The notes beneath the pieces were generated by a model. The model worked only from the letters and a program-made list of their open reading frames with translations, made no database searches and was not told the DNA's origin. The position numbers and the translations under genes were made by a program. From assembly GCA_965203465.1 (NCBI GenBank), contig CBDBCR010000002.1, forward strand, positions 99,876 to 163,875: a stretch of DNA of 64,000 bases. Reading direction: 5' to 3'. Positions 38,901 to 48,274 of the stretch are shown one piece after another; within the stretch, counting starts at the first letter, position 1; every line of letters starts with the position of its first letter. Source of the stretch: Nitrosopumilaceae archaeon (lineage in GTDB: Archaea > Thermoproteota > Nitrososphaeria > Nitrososphaerales > Nitrosopumilaceae).

Positions 38901-40609
38901 CCGGCGGCCCGGCGCATGACGCGCCCAACCGACTGGACTACGTCTACCCTCGACTTGCGGGGATTGAGGAACACTATGCCGTCGAGCGCCGGCACGTCCA
39001 CTCCTTCTGCTAGGCAGCGCGCGTTGGACAGTATCCTGCATGTCTTGGGATCGCCGACGCTCCCGTCCAGCCACCGCATGCGGTCGCGCCTCTGCAGCGC
39101 CCGGGTCTTGCCGTCTATGTGATCCACCTCTGCGCGGTGGCCCGTGGGGTTCCACTTTTCGTATTCTGCCACCACGCTCTCGAAACTGCGGTCGGCGCCT
39201 TCCTCGTCCTTTACATGGCCGGCGAACATCATGGATCTGTCTATGCGGTTGGCAAACGCGATCACACGCTGTAGAATCTTCGGCTTTTTGCCGTCGTCGG
39301 GGTGGTTGATGCCGTGCCAGACGGCGGCCAGCAGGGTGCGCTCGTCTAGCGGCATGGACTTTTCCCTGCCGCCCACCGACTGCTGGAACTCCTTGTCGAC
39401 CCTGTCTGCGGGCACTATTGCTATCTTTACGCGGAAATCTGACAGGATGCCCTTCCGGACGGCTTCTGCAAAGCTGAGCCGGTGAAGCCGGGGGCCGTAC
39501 TTGCCCTCGTCGTCCATGGAGTAGACTACCTTGCCCGTGCGGGCAAGTATGGCGTCGCTGTACACCCGGGGCGTGGCGGTCATGTAGAGGCGCTTTTTTC
39601 CGCGCACCTTGGAGTCGCTGTGCACGTCGGTAAAGAACGACTTGTCCTCGGCCCCGGTAGTCCTGTGCGCCTCGTCGCACAGTATCAGGTCGAACGGCTC
39701 CTTGAAGGCCCTGCGCACCACCGACAGCGAATGGTAGGTGGAGAACACCACGGTCAGCGCGTCGGCCGGCCTCTTTTCCAGGTACTCGGCGAGGGCCTCC
39801 GCGTCGGTGGAGACGGGCGACTCTAGCTCCGTTATGGAGCCGTCCTCGCCCGTGCTCTTGTCCGAGCATACTGCCAGATAGTAGTGGCGCATGTTGGAGT
39901 TGTCCGACCACTCGCGCATGCTCTGCAGAATCAGCGATATTGACGGGACCAGGTACAGCACGATCCCGCCCCTGCGGCAGTGCTTCTCGGCCACGTGCAG
40001 GGACGCCAGGGTCTTGCCCGTCCCGCAGGCCATGATGAGCTGTCCCCTGTCGTGCTTGGCCAGGCCTTTCACCGCGTCAGAGACGGCCGCCTCTTGGTGG
40101 GGGCGGAGCTTTTTGGGGCGCTTGGCCGAGAGCTTTGGGAACCCGCTCCAGTCCACCCCGCTGTCGCGGAAGTGATCCGGGCCAATTATCTTGCAGTCGT
40201 TCTGCTCCAGCAGCCTCCTCGCGTTGGAAGTTATCGCCTCGCCGGTATAGACCAGGATCCGGTGCGGCATCCGGAGTCCTGCAGCCTTTGCCAGAAACTT
40301 GCTGACCTGCTTTGTGTCCAAGCTGCCGTCGTCAGCGTAGCACTTGCATTGGATTGCGCACAGCCCACCGTCGTGTTGCTCTGCCACCAGATCGATGCCG
40401 GTGTCTACTCCGTCCCTACCAGGCCAGTCCATCCACATCCACACCTTGGCGAACCTGTTCCGGTAGTGATTGTCCGAAGATAGAAAGTCCCTCGTCACCC
40501 TCTCGAACCGCTTCCCCAACTCTACCTTGTTCACCGCGCCGTCCTTGTCTAACGACTCGGCCCGAATCTTGGCCAGCACATCGTCGAACGTCTTGGGCCG
40601 AGGGGGCAT
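35990..40609 (-). CDS. Type ISP restriction-modification enzyme (Mrr-like nuclease, SF2 helicase, N6-adenine MTase, target-recognition domain)
   Basis: DTGIDLVA..AIQCK nuclease; MACGTGKT, DEAHRT and TATP helicase motifs; LDPFAGTG and GNPPY MTase motifs; YRPF..ELPRIP C-terminus. Confidence 0.93.
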   Translation of the reverse strand: MPPRPKTFDDVLAKIRAESLDKDGAVNKVELGKRFERVTRDFLSSDNHYRNRFAKVWMWMDWPGRDGVDTGIDLVAEQHDGGLCAIQCKCYADDGSLDTKQVSKFLAKAAGLRMPHRILVYTGEAITSNARRLLEQNDCKIIGPDHFRDSGVDWSGFPKLSAKRPKKLRPHQEAAVSDAVKGLAKHDRGQLIMACGTGKTLASLHVAEKHCRRGGIVLYLVPSISLILQSMREWSDNSNMRHYYLAVCSDKSTGEDGSITELESPVSTDAEALAEYLEKRPADALTVVFSTYHSLSVVRRAFKEPFDLILCDEAHRTTGAEDKSFFTDVHSDSKVRGKKRLYMTATPRVYSDAILARTGKVVYSMDDEGKYGPRLHRLSFAEAVRKGILSDFRVKIAIVPADRVDKEFQQSVGGREKSMPLDERTLLAAVWHGINHPDDGKKPKILQRVIAFANRIDRSMMFAGHVKDEEGADRSFESVVAEYEKWNPTGHRAEVDHIDGKTRALQRRDRMRWLDGSVGDPKTCRILSNARCLAEGVDVPALDGIVFLNPRKSRVDVVQSVGRVMRRAAGKKYGYVILPVAIPAGLQYHEALNDNKTFRVVWQVLNALRSHDEDFGHEINQLILDKNTEATGPPRVSVSVLDETVDGEPLTKFFSSIKSKLVEKVGDINYYDKYGKKLGDAATTIEGRIRNRMKKNPAARKEIEKLHADLKEMVGDSVTQDAAVQTVSQHIVLSRVFDQLFSGQFTSHNPIANVLDAVAKKIGMQEELRDLAGFYEDVNRELDGIKTREARQNFIKKIYGNFFESADNQSVRRHGVVYTPVEIVDFIIHSVEHLLRKHFGVCLNDRPVKVLDPFAGTGTFLTRLLESDLIRDNLYEKYKNDLFADELILLAYYIATVNIETTYSSLRRGGKYVPFEGISYTDTLRINPRYREDAEHRGEQTKMDSQFKAAHERIMAQRGSHVHVIIGNPPYSAGQSDYHDENKNLKYPKLDKRIEYTYLQKCNVTQKRSMYDSYIRSLRWASDRIGDSGIVAVITNAGFLKSEAGAGIRASLAEEFNEIWCFDLRGNQRTQGEMSRREGGKIFGSGSRAAVAITLLVKSPRMKGCTVRYKDIGDYLNREQKLEIVRDSKSIGGIKDWIIITPDSHYDWLDQRGGDFSKYRALGNVSSKNEQTIFNTQSLGVGTSRDAWVYNSSVDKLETNMKTHVSYCSKHISAKPSPVDSKQAKWSTDLSKRLKKHVPKFSAGNIRKACYRPFFAQYLYFDRVFNERISLTPEFFPCNDTKNPTICVPYKFAGRFSALITDITPDLHIIAANQCFPLYVYKNDIKQDNISDSTLSEYRNHYGLKISKFDIFNYIYGLLHHPGYKEKFANNLTRELPRIPMAPDFAAFRNAGKSLADLHLNFDSCKRHSLGKPKFNPTGFARLSFGRKSSGEDRTIIRADGAVLFDKIPETTYRVNGRTPLEWIKDRYKKETREDIGITNDPCTGTDIVAVIERAVHVGLESERIIKQLPKEFEPGPGWKPESDSLEKYMKGASYQSMI

Positions 40610-40667
40610 TCACGGCCCCCTCCCACGTTTACGTGCGGGGAATAGGGATGATGCTAGATCGGCTTTA

Positions 40668-40717
40668 CGTGCAGAGCCGTGCAGAGCCGTGCAGAGCCGT
40701 GCAGAGCCGTGCAGAGC
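40668..40717. repeat. Tandem repeat, 5 x CGTGCAGAGC, upstream of the Type ISP gene
   Basis: Five exact 10-bp units, starting 59 bp upstream of the minus-strand ATG at 40609. Confidence 0.95.
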
Positions 40718-40892
40718 TAATGAGCACCATGCAGGCCCCCCTTAGCATGGGCATATTTTAAGACACCCTGAACTCCGGCGTCTGGATTTTCCCGAACCGC
40801 CGAAAGGCGGGCCGGACGGCGGAGCCGCGGCGATCGGGCCAAGATTCCCAAACACCGCTATAGTTAAGTGGCTCCCTCGGGCGGCACATGCG

Positions 40893-41429
40893 GTGGACGT
40901 CGGAATAATCATGGGATCGGGCTCGGACAGCCGCGTTATGAAGGAGGCAGCGCGCGTGCTCGACGAGTTCGGCATAGACCACGAGGACATGGTCGTCTCG
41001 GCGCACCGGACCCCGGAGCGCTTGTCCGAGTACGCGCGGCACGCAGAGGATGCCGGCATGAGGGTGATAATCGCCGGCGCCGGCGGGGCGGCGCACCTGC
41101 CCGGCATGGTGGCCTCGTTCACGCACATACCGGTAGTGGGCGTGCCCATACTGTCGTACAGCGACAAGGGGGGTCCGGCAGGCGGCGCGTCCGCGTTCGG
41201 CGGCCTCGACGCGCTGCTGTCCATCTCGGAGATGCCGGCAGGCTCGCCGGTGGGGACCGTCGGCGTCAACAAGGCAGCCAACGCCGCCATCTACGCGGCA
41301 AAGATCCTCGCGCTCGGCTCGCCGGAGCTGCGCGCAAAGCTTTCAGAGTACAAGGATTCGAAGAGGAGGCAGGTCGTCTCCGAATCGGACCGCATGCGCG
41401 GCTCGGGCCTGGCCGGGTTCGAGCCCTGA
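40893..41429 (+). CDS. purE: 5-(carboxyamino)imidazole ribonucleotide mutase
   Basis: IIMGS.SD, VSAHRTPE, IAGAGGAAHLPGM, GLDALLS...MP motifs. Confidence 0.95.
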   Translation: MDVGIIMGSGSDSRVMKEAARVLDEFGIDHEDMVVSAHRTPERLSEYARHAEDAGMRVIIAGAGGAAHLPGMVASFTHIPVVGVPILSYSDKGGPAGGASAFGGLDALLSISEMPAGSPVGTVGVNKAANAAIYAAKILALGSPELRAKLSEYKDSKRRQVVSESDRMRGSGLAGFEP

Positions 41430-42626
41430 TCAGAGCAGCCGGAACTGTATGCCCCTGCTGCGCATGTGCCCGATGAGCCGCTCGGCGTACTCGTTGCCCT
41501 CCGTCTCGAGGCTGAGCGTGACGCCCACGTAGCCGGCGTCCACGCTTATGCGGTCGTGGACAACCTCGACGATGTTGGCGTTGGCCGCCGTTATCTCGTC
41601 CACCACGTCCTTGAGGGCGCCGGGCTTGTCCTTCAGCACTATCTCGACCTTTAGCAGGCGCCCCACAGAGACGAGGCCCTTGTCGACTATCTGGCCGAGC
41701 AGGTACATGTCCACGTTGCCGCCGCCGAGTATGGCCGCCACCTTTTTTCCGGGGGCCGGCCTGCACGCCTGCAGGTACGCGAGCGGCGCGGCGCCGGCAG
41801 GCTCCACGACCGTCTTGCTCCTCTCCATGAGAAGGAACATCGTCTTTATTATCTGGCGGTCGTCGACGGTGACCATCTCGTCCAGCTTTGACTGCAGTAT
41901 CTTGAACGTCAGGCTGCCGGGCGACTTTACCGATATGCCGTCGGCGATGGTGCGCCCGCCTGACACCTGCGTGACGCCCCCCTCCTCGAGCGAGGCCTTC
42001 ATGGACGGGAACGCGGACGACTGCACGCCGACGACGCGCACCGACGGCTTTATCCCCTTGGCCGCGATGGCGATGCCCGCAGCTAGGCCGCCGCCGCCGA
42101 CCGGCACGTATATCTCGTCCACGTCCGGCAAGTCCTCGAGTATCTCCAGGCCTATGACGCCCTGCGCCGCTATTACGTGCGGATCGTCGAATGCGTGTAT
42201 CACGGTGGGGCCCGTCTCCGCTATCTTTAGCGCGTGCGCGTACGATTCCTCGTAGTTGTACCCCTCTAGCACCACGTTGGCGCCGTACCCGCGCGTGGCC
42301 GCCACCTTGGCCGGCGAGGCGGTCTTTGGCATGACGATGGTGCAGGGGATGCCCTCGGCGAACGCCGCGTACGCGACGCCCTGCGCGTGGTTTCCGGCCG
42401 ACGCTGCCACCACCCCGCGCGACTTTTCTGGGCCCGAAAGCATCCGGATCTTGTGGTACGCGCCGCGTATCTTGAACGAGCCGGTCTTTTGCGCGTACTC
42501 GGCCTTTAGGTACACGTCCGAGCCGGACAGATCGCTGAACATCGAAGAGTACGCCAGCGGGGTGCGGCGCACCTGGGCGCCGCGCATCCGGTCTGCCTCT
42601 TGGATGTCCTCCAGCGTCGGCTCCAC
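41430..42626 (-). CDS. ilvA: Threonine ammonia-lyase with a C-terminal ACT domain
   Basis: KAE..QKTGSFKIRGA, ASAGNHAQG, PVGGGGL, DKPGAL motifs. Confidence 0.93.
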   Translation of the reverse strand: MEPTLEDIQEADRMRGAQVRRTPLAYSSMFSDLSGSDVYLKAEYAQKTGSFKIRGAYHKIRMLSGPEKSRGVVAASAGNHAQGVAYAAFAEGIPCTIVMPKTASPAKVAATRGYGANVVLEGYNYEESYAHALKIAETGPTVIHAFDDPHVIAAQGVIGLEILEDLPDVDEIYVPVGGGGLAAGIAIAAKGIKPSVRVVGVQSSAFPSMKASLEEGGVTQVSGGRTIADGISVKSPGSLTFKILQSKLDEMVTVDDRQIIKTMFLLMERSKTVVEPAGAAPLAYLQACRPAPGKKVAAILGGGNVDMYLLGQIVDKGLVSVGRLLKVEIVLKDKPGALKDVVDEITAANANIVEVVHDRISVDAGYVGVTLSLETEGNEYAERLIGHMRSRGIQFRLL

Positions 42627-42777
42627 TGCCGGCCCGCGCCGGCGCCCGGATTATATGTTGTCCGCCGCGATCGCAAAAGCCCGGGATGGATCGGGCCCGG
42701 GGGGTCGGTTTCGGCCGGCGGGGGGAGTTTCTAGGCGTGAAAAGGCCCAAAAAACTCAAATAACGAGGGCCGGGCGA

Positions 42778-43668
42778 TCAGGGCAAATCGGGAGGACCTG
42801 ATCTCCCTCTGAGACCCTCCTCAGTATCGGCCTCCCGATTGACCACCAACATCGCCTCTTCCAGTTCCGCAAGCGATCTCTCGATCCAGGCCATCGCCGC
42901 GTCGGGTATCTCGGACTGATCAAAGTGGCCCTCTCGCGCCCCGCCCACGGTCCTCTCCAGATCCGCAGAGCACACCAGGCCCTCCTCGCCGGTCACGAGG
43001 CGCGCCTCGTCTATCAGAACGCAGCTGGTCTGGTACGTCTCCATCAAAAGCGAGTCCAGCTCGCCCACCAGCTCCTGCCTGCGGGCCGACAGCTCGCGGT
43101 GCCTTTCGTCCCCGCCCGTCTCGGACTGTATCCTCTCGCGCAGCCCGTCGTCGTTGTACAGGGCCTCAAAGACGCCCTGCTCGTCCAGGCCGCCGTACCC
43201 CGCCTCCTCCAGCATGCGGGCCACGACCGCGTCGGACTGCTCTGCCGCGCCGCCCTCGACGGAGCGCAGAGAGTCGACTACCTCTGCCAGCTCCTTGCGG
43301 GCGCCGGCGACCCGCGCGTCGGGCCGGTAGTGGAGCAGCACGTGGTACTGCACCGACAGGTGGCAGTACAGCGTGTGCTCCCCGCTGCTCGCGGAAAACT
43401 TTGCGAACGCCCTGCGCACGTCCTCGTTGCGCGTCTCCTGCACGCCGTCGGTCTCCCACCCTTCCAGCCTGCCGAGCACCGAGTTCATGTACTCCAAGAC
43501 CCGGGCGGGATCGAACGTGGACTGGTCGGACACCGTAGAGTCGGGCATCATCACCTTTACGTCGACGTGGGCCGCGCGCGCGGAGACCCCGGCTAGGAAC
43601 GCGGACCGGACGCGCTCGGCCGCGCCCTCCAGGCCGCCCAGCCTGCCCGAACCTGCCCCGACTCTCAC
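42778..43668 (-). CDS. Conserved hypothetical protein
   Basis: Coding-like acidic sequence from GTG 43668; TTTAT element about 25 bp upstream. Confidence 0.7.
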   Translation of the reverse strand: MRVGAGSGRLGGLEGAAERVRSAFLAGVSARAAHVDVKVMMPDSTVSDQSTFDPARVLEYMNSVLGRLEGWETDGVQETRNEDVRRAFAKFSASSGEHTLYCHLSVQYHVLLHYRPDARVAGARKELAEVVDSLRSVEGGAAEQSDAVVARMLEEAGYGGLDEQGVFEALYNDDGLRERIQSETGGDERHRELSARRQELVGELDSLLMETYQTSCVLIDEARLVTGEEGLVCSADLERTVGGAREGHFDQSEIPDAAMAWIERSLAELEEAMLVVNREADTEEGLRGRSGPPDLP

Positions 43669-43741
43669 GGGAGGGCCGGCCCGGCGCCCCGATAAATACC
43701 GCACCGCCAAGATCTTAAGGGGGGCGCGGGCGGGCGGCGCG

Positions 43742-44275
43742 TTGGCCCGCGTCAGAACCAGGGTGCTGATGATGAGGCAGGACGATCCGGCAAAGTGCAC
43801 CGCGGCCCGCCTCGCAAAGCTGGGCCTGGCCCTGCCCGTAAAGAGGGTGCCGCGCGGCTCGCTGGTGCTCGACCCGTTCGCCGCGCAGACGCTCGCGCCG
43901 TCCGACGCGCGCCGCTCCCGGACAGTCACGGCGGTCGACTGCTCGTGGCGCCTCGCCGGCGGCGTCTTTGGCAGGTTTCCGGGCGCCGCGCGCAGGCTGC
44001 CGCCGCTGCTGGCCGGCAACCCGCTCAACTACTCTCGGCAGGGCCTGCTGAGCACCGCCGAGGCGCTGGCAGGCGCGCTGTACATACTCGGCGACGCGGC
44101 GGGCGCGGGCGCGCTGCTGGCAAGATTCCGGTGGGGCCACACGTTCTACGAGCTCAATTCGGGCCTGCTGGGCGAGTACTGCCGGGCCCGGAGGGAGCAG
44201 ATGCCCGGAATCGCCGCAAGCTATGGCCTTAATACGGAGGACGGCGGCCGCCCGGGCATGGACGGGCATGCCTAA
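43742..44275 (+). CDS. tsr3: rRNA aminocarboxypropyltransferase Tsr3 (DUF367)
   Basis: QDDPAKCTA, AVDCSW, RRLPPLLAGNP.NY, LSTAEAL, FRWGHTF motifs. Confidence 0.92.
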   Translation: MARVRTRVLMMRQDDPAKCTAARLAKLGLALPVKRVPRGSLVLDPFAAQTLAPSDARRSRTVTAVDCSWRLAGGVFGRFPGAARRLPPLLAGNPLNYSRQGLLSTAEALAGALYILGDAAGAGALLARFRWGHTFYELNSGLLGEYCRARREQMPGIAASYGLNTEDGGRPGMDGHA

Positions 44276-45017
44276 CATACTGGACATGATGGGCGGGCGC
44301 AGGGGTGAGCGCGTGGTCGATTCGGACACCCTCATACGCGAGACGCAGCAGCGCGTGCGCGACGCCCTGGTGCGGGGCTACGAGTACAAGGGCCCGACCA
44401 ACGAGTCCGAAAAGTTCCTGCGCAAGAACGTCTGGTCGCGCGTCTCGATGGTGACCGTCTACGTGGACCTGGTGGGCTCCACGCAGATGACCCTCGAGCT
44501 GCCGAGCGAAAAGATAGCCGTGATAATCAGCTCGTTCGCCCAGGAGATGGCCTCGGTCATACACAAGTGCGACGGGTACGTGCTAAAGTTCGTCGGCGAC
44601 GCGGTGATAGGCTACTTTGCCGGGCCCAACCCGCTGCGCGCCTCGGACGCGGCCGTCACGTGCGCAAAGTCGGCCATAGCGGTCGTGCGCGGAGGCATCA
44701 ACCCGGTGCTGGCCCGCCACGACTACCCGGAGCTGCGCGTCAAGATAGGGATGGACTACGGCGAGAACGTGATAGCCAGGTACGGCGCGGATCCCGAAAA
44801 GTCGCACGTCGACATCATCGGCCCGGTGATGAACATCGCCGCCAAGATACAGGGCATGGCCAAGCCGGACCAGATACTGGTCGGCGACGATGTCTACGCG
44901 CGCCTGCACCCGGACGTGCAGGCCGAGTTCCGGCAGGTGGCCTGGAAGCACGGCGAATGGAAGTACCGCTCCCGCGTCACCGGCGAGCTCTACAAGGTGT
45001 ACGAGCACTCCGGCTAG
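44268..45017 (+). CDS. Class III adenylate/guanylate cyclase domain protein
   Basis: YVDLVGST, KFVGDAV, KIGMDYG, DIIG..MNIAAKIQ motifs. Confidence 0.88.
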   Translation: MPNILDMMGGRRGERVVDSDTLIRETQQRVRDALVRGYEYKGPTNESEKFLRKNVWSRVSMVTVYVDLVGSTQMTLELPSEKIAVIISSFAQEMASVIHKCDGYVLKFVGDAVIGYFAGPNPLRASDAAVTCAKSAIAVVRGGINPVLARHDYPELRVKIGMDYGENVIARYGADPEKSHVDIIGPVMNIAAKIQGMAKPDQILVGDDVYARLHPDVQAEFRQVAWKHGEWKYRSRVTGELYKVYEHSG

Positions 45018-45148
45018 ACGCCGAACGCGGGGCACTCCACGTGCTCGTAGTGGTGCTCGGTGAACCTGTCGCGCACCACGTATATCACGATCTTGTGCAA
45101 GTCGTCGTCCTTTATCTGGCCCTTGCACAGCCTGCACCTTTTTTCCAT
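45014..45148 (-). CDS. 44-aa Zn-binding microprotein
   Basis: MEKRCRLCKGQI...HYEHVECP (CxxC...HxxC); TTAT box upstream. Confidence 0.7.
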   Translation of the reverse strand: MEKRCRLCKGQIKDDDLHKIVIYVVRDRFTEHHYEHVECPAFGV

Positions 45149-45323
45149 GCCTGTATTCCGCCCGAAAATGCAATAAGCGGTCGTGTCATATTTTTTTGAC
45201 AAATAGTGCCCGCCGCGTGGCCCGCCGATACCGTAAAAGACGGTTCAAAGCGCGCGGCCGCGCCCCCGGCGGCGCGCTTTTGCGCCGTGGCAAGGCAGAA
45301 ATATGCCGCCCCGCGAGCCGGGC

Positions 45324-45699
45324 CGTGGACGAGGCCCTCGCACACCTGCGCGCCCTTTGGGGGCTCGACGGGCTGCACCCCGCGCTCCGCTTTCCGCGCG
45401 CGCCGCCCGGCCGCATGAACCAGCTGGCCAGCGCATTTGCGGTCCCGCCTCGGGGGCCGGCGCAGCCGGCAGTACCGGACATGGAGCAGGCGCGCCGCGC
45501 GCATTCGGATCTTGCCTCTAGGCTGCTCGATCCGGATTCGCGGCAGGTGCCGCCGCCGGGCCACCCGTTGCACGACCGGCAGGATTCGCTTGCGGCGCTG
45601 CGCGCCGAAAACGACCGCCTCGCCAAGGAAAACGCGGATCTGAGGAAGGAATCCGGCCGAGACGCCGGCCGCGAGGCCGGGGGCCCCGCCGCCTTTTAA
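45324..45699 (+). CDS. Hypothetical protein with a C-terminal coiled coil (start uncertain)
   Basis: SLAALRAENDRLAKENADLRKE heptads. Confidence 0.4.
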
Positions 45700-45754
45700 G
45701 ACCATACTGTAGGGTACCGTACCATTTATTAAGCCGGTGCCGTACCCGCCCCCC

Positions 45755-45907
45755 ATGGCATACGTATATCCGCCGCTGACGACCTCGCGGATGAGGCCGG
45801 CAGAGTGCCGCCTCTGCGGCCGCGGCCTGGACGATGTCGGGCTGAGCGCGAAGCAGATGCCCGACGGGCTGGCGCTCCTCTGCCACCGGCACTTCCACAT
45901 AGACTAG
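45755..45907 (+). CDS. 50-aa Zn-finger microprotein
   Basis: TTTATTAA at 45725; MAYVYPP..ECRLCGRGL...LLCHRHFHID (CxxC...CxxH). Confidence 0.7.
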   Translation: MAYVYPPLTTSRMRPAECRLCGRGLDDVGLSAKQMPDGLALLCHRHFHID

Positions 45908-47574
45908 GCCGGCGAGGTGACGGCCCCGAGCGAGGCCGAGCCGACCAGCGAGGCGTATTTTGCGAGGGCGCCCGACGCGTAGTTGGGCTCCGGCCTCTTC
46001 CATTCGGATCTGCGCCTCTGAATCTCTTGGTCCCCGACGCACAGGTCGATGGTTCCAGAATCGGTGTCTATCGTTATCCTGTCGCCGTCGCGCACCAGCG
46101 CTATGGGGCCGCCCGAATGCGCCTCGGGGGCCACGTGGCCCACCATGAACCCGCGCGTGCCGCCGGAGAACCTGCCGTCGGTGACCATGGCCACCTTCTT
46201 GCCAAGGCCCTGCCCCACGAGCGCCGCCGTGGTGGCCAGCATCTCGCGCATGCCGGGGCCGCCGCGCGGTCCCTCGTACCTTATCACGACCGCCTCGCCC
46301 CCCGAGATGCCGCCGCGCGCCACTTCGGCGAACGCATCCTCCTCGCGGTCAAAGACGCGCGCCGAGCCTTCGAACCTGTCCATCTCGACGCCGGCAGTCT
46401 TTATGACGGCCCCGTCGGGCGCCAGCGAGCCGCGCAGTATCAGCGCGGTGCCGGACGGGTGCAGCGGGCGCTCGACGGGCCGCACTATCGGGTGGTCGGC
46501 GGGCCTTACGCCGGACAGGTTCTGCGCGACGCTCCTGCCGGTCACCGTCGCGCACGAGCCGTGCAGCAGGCCGCGCTCGAGCAGCTTTTTGAGCACCACC
46601 GGTACCCCGCCTATCTTGTCGAGGCTGTTCATGACGTAGCCGCCGCCAGGCTTCATGTCGGCTATGTGCGGCGTCCTTTTGCGCACCCTCTCAAAGTCGT
46701 CGTAGGAGAGCTTTACGCCCGCCTCGTGAGCCATGGCCAGCAGGTGGAGTACCCCGTTGGTCGAGCCGCCCACCGCGTTCAGGGCAGCTATCGCGTTCTC
46801 GAAGGCCTCGAACGTCATTATGTCCCTCGGCCGGACGCCGGTCTCGAGCAGGCGCGCGCACGCGGCACCGGACGCGCGCACCGCCTCGGCCCGCCGCGCG
46901 TCCTCGGCCGGCGGGCTCGCGCTTCCGGGCAGCGAGATCCCGATGGCCTCCGATATCGACGCCATCGTGTTGGCCGTGAACATGCCGCCGCACGAGCCGG
47001 CGCCGGGGCACGCGGCGTCCTCTATCTTGCTCAGCTGCTCGGCCGAGAGCCTGCCAGCGTCGTGCGCGCCGACCGCCTCGTACACGTCCACTATCGTAAG
47101 CTCGTCCCCGTCCAGCGCGCCGGGCATTATGGTGCCGCCGTACACGAAGACGGAGGGCACGTCGAGCCGCGCCATGGCCATCATGGTGCCGGGCAGGCTC
47201 TTGTCGCAGCCGGCTATGCCGACCAGCGCGTCGTACTGGTGCGCCCTGACCATCAGCTCTATCGAGTCGGCGATGACCTCGCGCGAGACCAGCGACGCCT
47301 TCATGCCCTCGTGGCCCATGGCTATGCCGTCGCTCACCGCGATGGTCGAAAAGACGCGCGGCGTGGCCCCGCCTGACAGCACGCCCTCCTTGGCGCTCTC
47401 GGCCAGGGACGGCAGCAGTATGTTGCACGGGGTCGCCTCGTTGCCGGTGTGGCACACGCCGACCATGTGGCGCCCCAGGTCCTCGTCGGACAGGCCCATG
47501 GCCTTGTACATGGCCCGCTGCGGGGCCCGCGCGGGGCCCTCGAGCACGTTCCTGCTGGATATGGAGCCGGGCAA
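45904..47574 (-). CDS. ilvD: Dihydroxy-acid dehydratase
   Basis: PCN, SDGIAMGHEGM, GCDKSLPG, CGGMFTANTM, GPGMREM, TDGRFSGGT motifs. Confidence 0.96.
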   Translation of the reverse strand: MPGSISSRNVLEGPARAPQRAMYKAMGLSDEDLGRHMVGVCHTGNEATPCNILLPSLAESAKEGVLSGGATPRVFSTIAVSDGIAMGHEGMKASLVSREVIADSIELMVRAHQYDALVGIAGCDKSLPGTMMAMARLDVPSVFVYGGTIMPGALDGDELTIVDVYEAVGAHDAGRLSAEQLSKIEDAACPGAGSCGGMFTANTMASISEAIGISLPGSASPPAEDARRAEAVRASGAACARLLETGVRPRDIMTFEAFENAIAALNAVGGSTNGVLHLLAMAHEAGVKLSYDDFERVRKRTPHIADMKPGGGYVMNSLDKIGGVPVVLKKLLERGLLHGSCATVTGRSVAQNLSGVRPADHPIVRPVERPLHPSGTALILRGSLAPDGAVIKTAGVEMDRFEGSARVFDREEDAFAEVARGGISGGEAVVIRYEGPRGGPGMREMLATTAALVGQGLGKKVAMVTDGRFSGGTRGFMVGHVAPEAHSGGPIALVRDGDRITIDTDSGTIDLCVGDQEIQRRRSEWKRPEPNYASGALAKYASLVGSASLGAVTSPA

Positions 47575-47575
47575 T

Positions 47576-48178
47576 TCAACCCCTGATGTCGAGGACTATG
47601 GAGTCGAGTTCCGCAAGCTGGGCCCCTATCTCGTCGTCGGTCTCGTCCCCGTACGAGATCAGTATCCGGTCGTCCTCCTGCACAACGTACTCGGATATAG
47701 AATCGCGCCTCTCGCCGTTGACGTAGTACTTTAGCGAGTACGTGTCGTCGGTGCAGAACTCGCGCTCGTCGGGGAACACGTAGCAGCTCTCGTCGGCCAC
47801 TATGCCTATGGAATCGAACAGGTACCCCGTCTTTACGCCGGTGGCGTGCCTGTGTATGGTGTCGCCGTTCTGGCCCTCGAAGTGTATCCAGGGCGTCTTT
47901 ATCTGGTATGCGGGCAGCGAAAAGTCGAACGTGTCGCCGAATATCTTGACCAGTATGCCGGCGTGGGCATGGTCGCTGTTGAGCGGCCCGGCGCCCTCCG
48001 GCCCGCCCGGGGCGTCGACGGTTATGGTGGTGAACGTGTACCCCGCGTACCCCACGATGGCCGCCACGGCGGCCAGCGCCCCGATCGCTATGATCTTGTT
48101 CTTGTTGTTCTGGCGCGCCTGCCGGGCCGCGTACCTTTCGCGCTTTTCCTCGCGGTCGCGCTGGTGCTTCTTGCCCAT
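47576..48178 (-). CDS. Membrane-anchored hypothetical protein with His motifs
   Basis: Basic N-terminus, one TM helix, HAHA, IHFE..IHRHA and C..C motifs. Confidence 0.8.
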   Translation of the reverse strand: MGKKHQRDREEKRERYAARQARQNNKNKIIAIGALAAVAAIVGYAGYTFTTITVDAPGGPEGAGPLNSDHAHAGILVKIFGDTFDFSLPAYQIKTPWIHFEGQNGDTIHRHATGVKTGYLFDSIGIVADESCYVFPDEREFCTDDTYSLKYYVNGERRDSISEYVVQEDDRILISYGDETDDEIGAQLAELDSIVLDIRG

Positions 48179-48274
48179 CCGGCTGCGGCCCCCCGAGTTC
48201 CCTAATTAATGGTTCGCACCCCGGCGCCGGGCGCGCCCGCAACCGAAATAAACGGGGCCGGCCGGCCGCCGCCG

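Noticed and set aside
40668-40717. CRISPR array
   Set aside because: 10-bp contiguous units with no spacers and no cas genes
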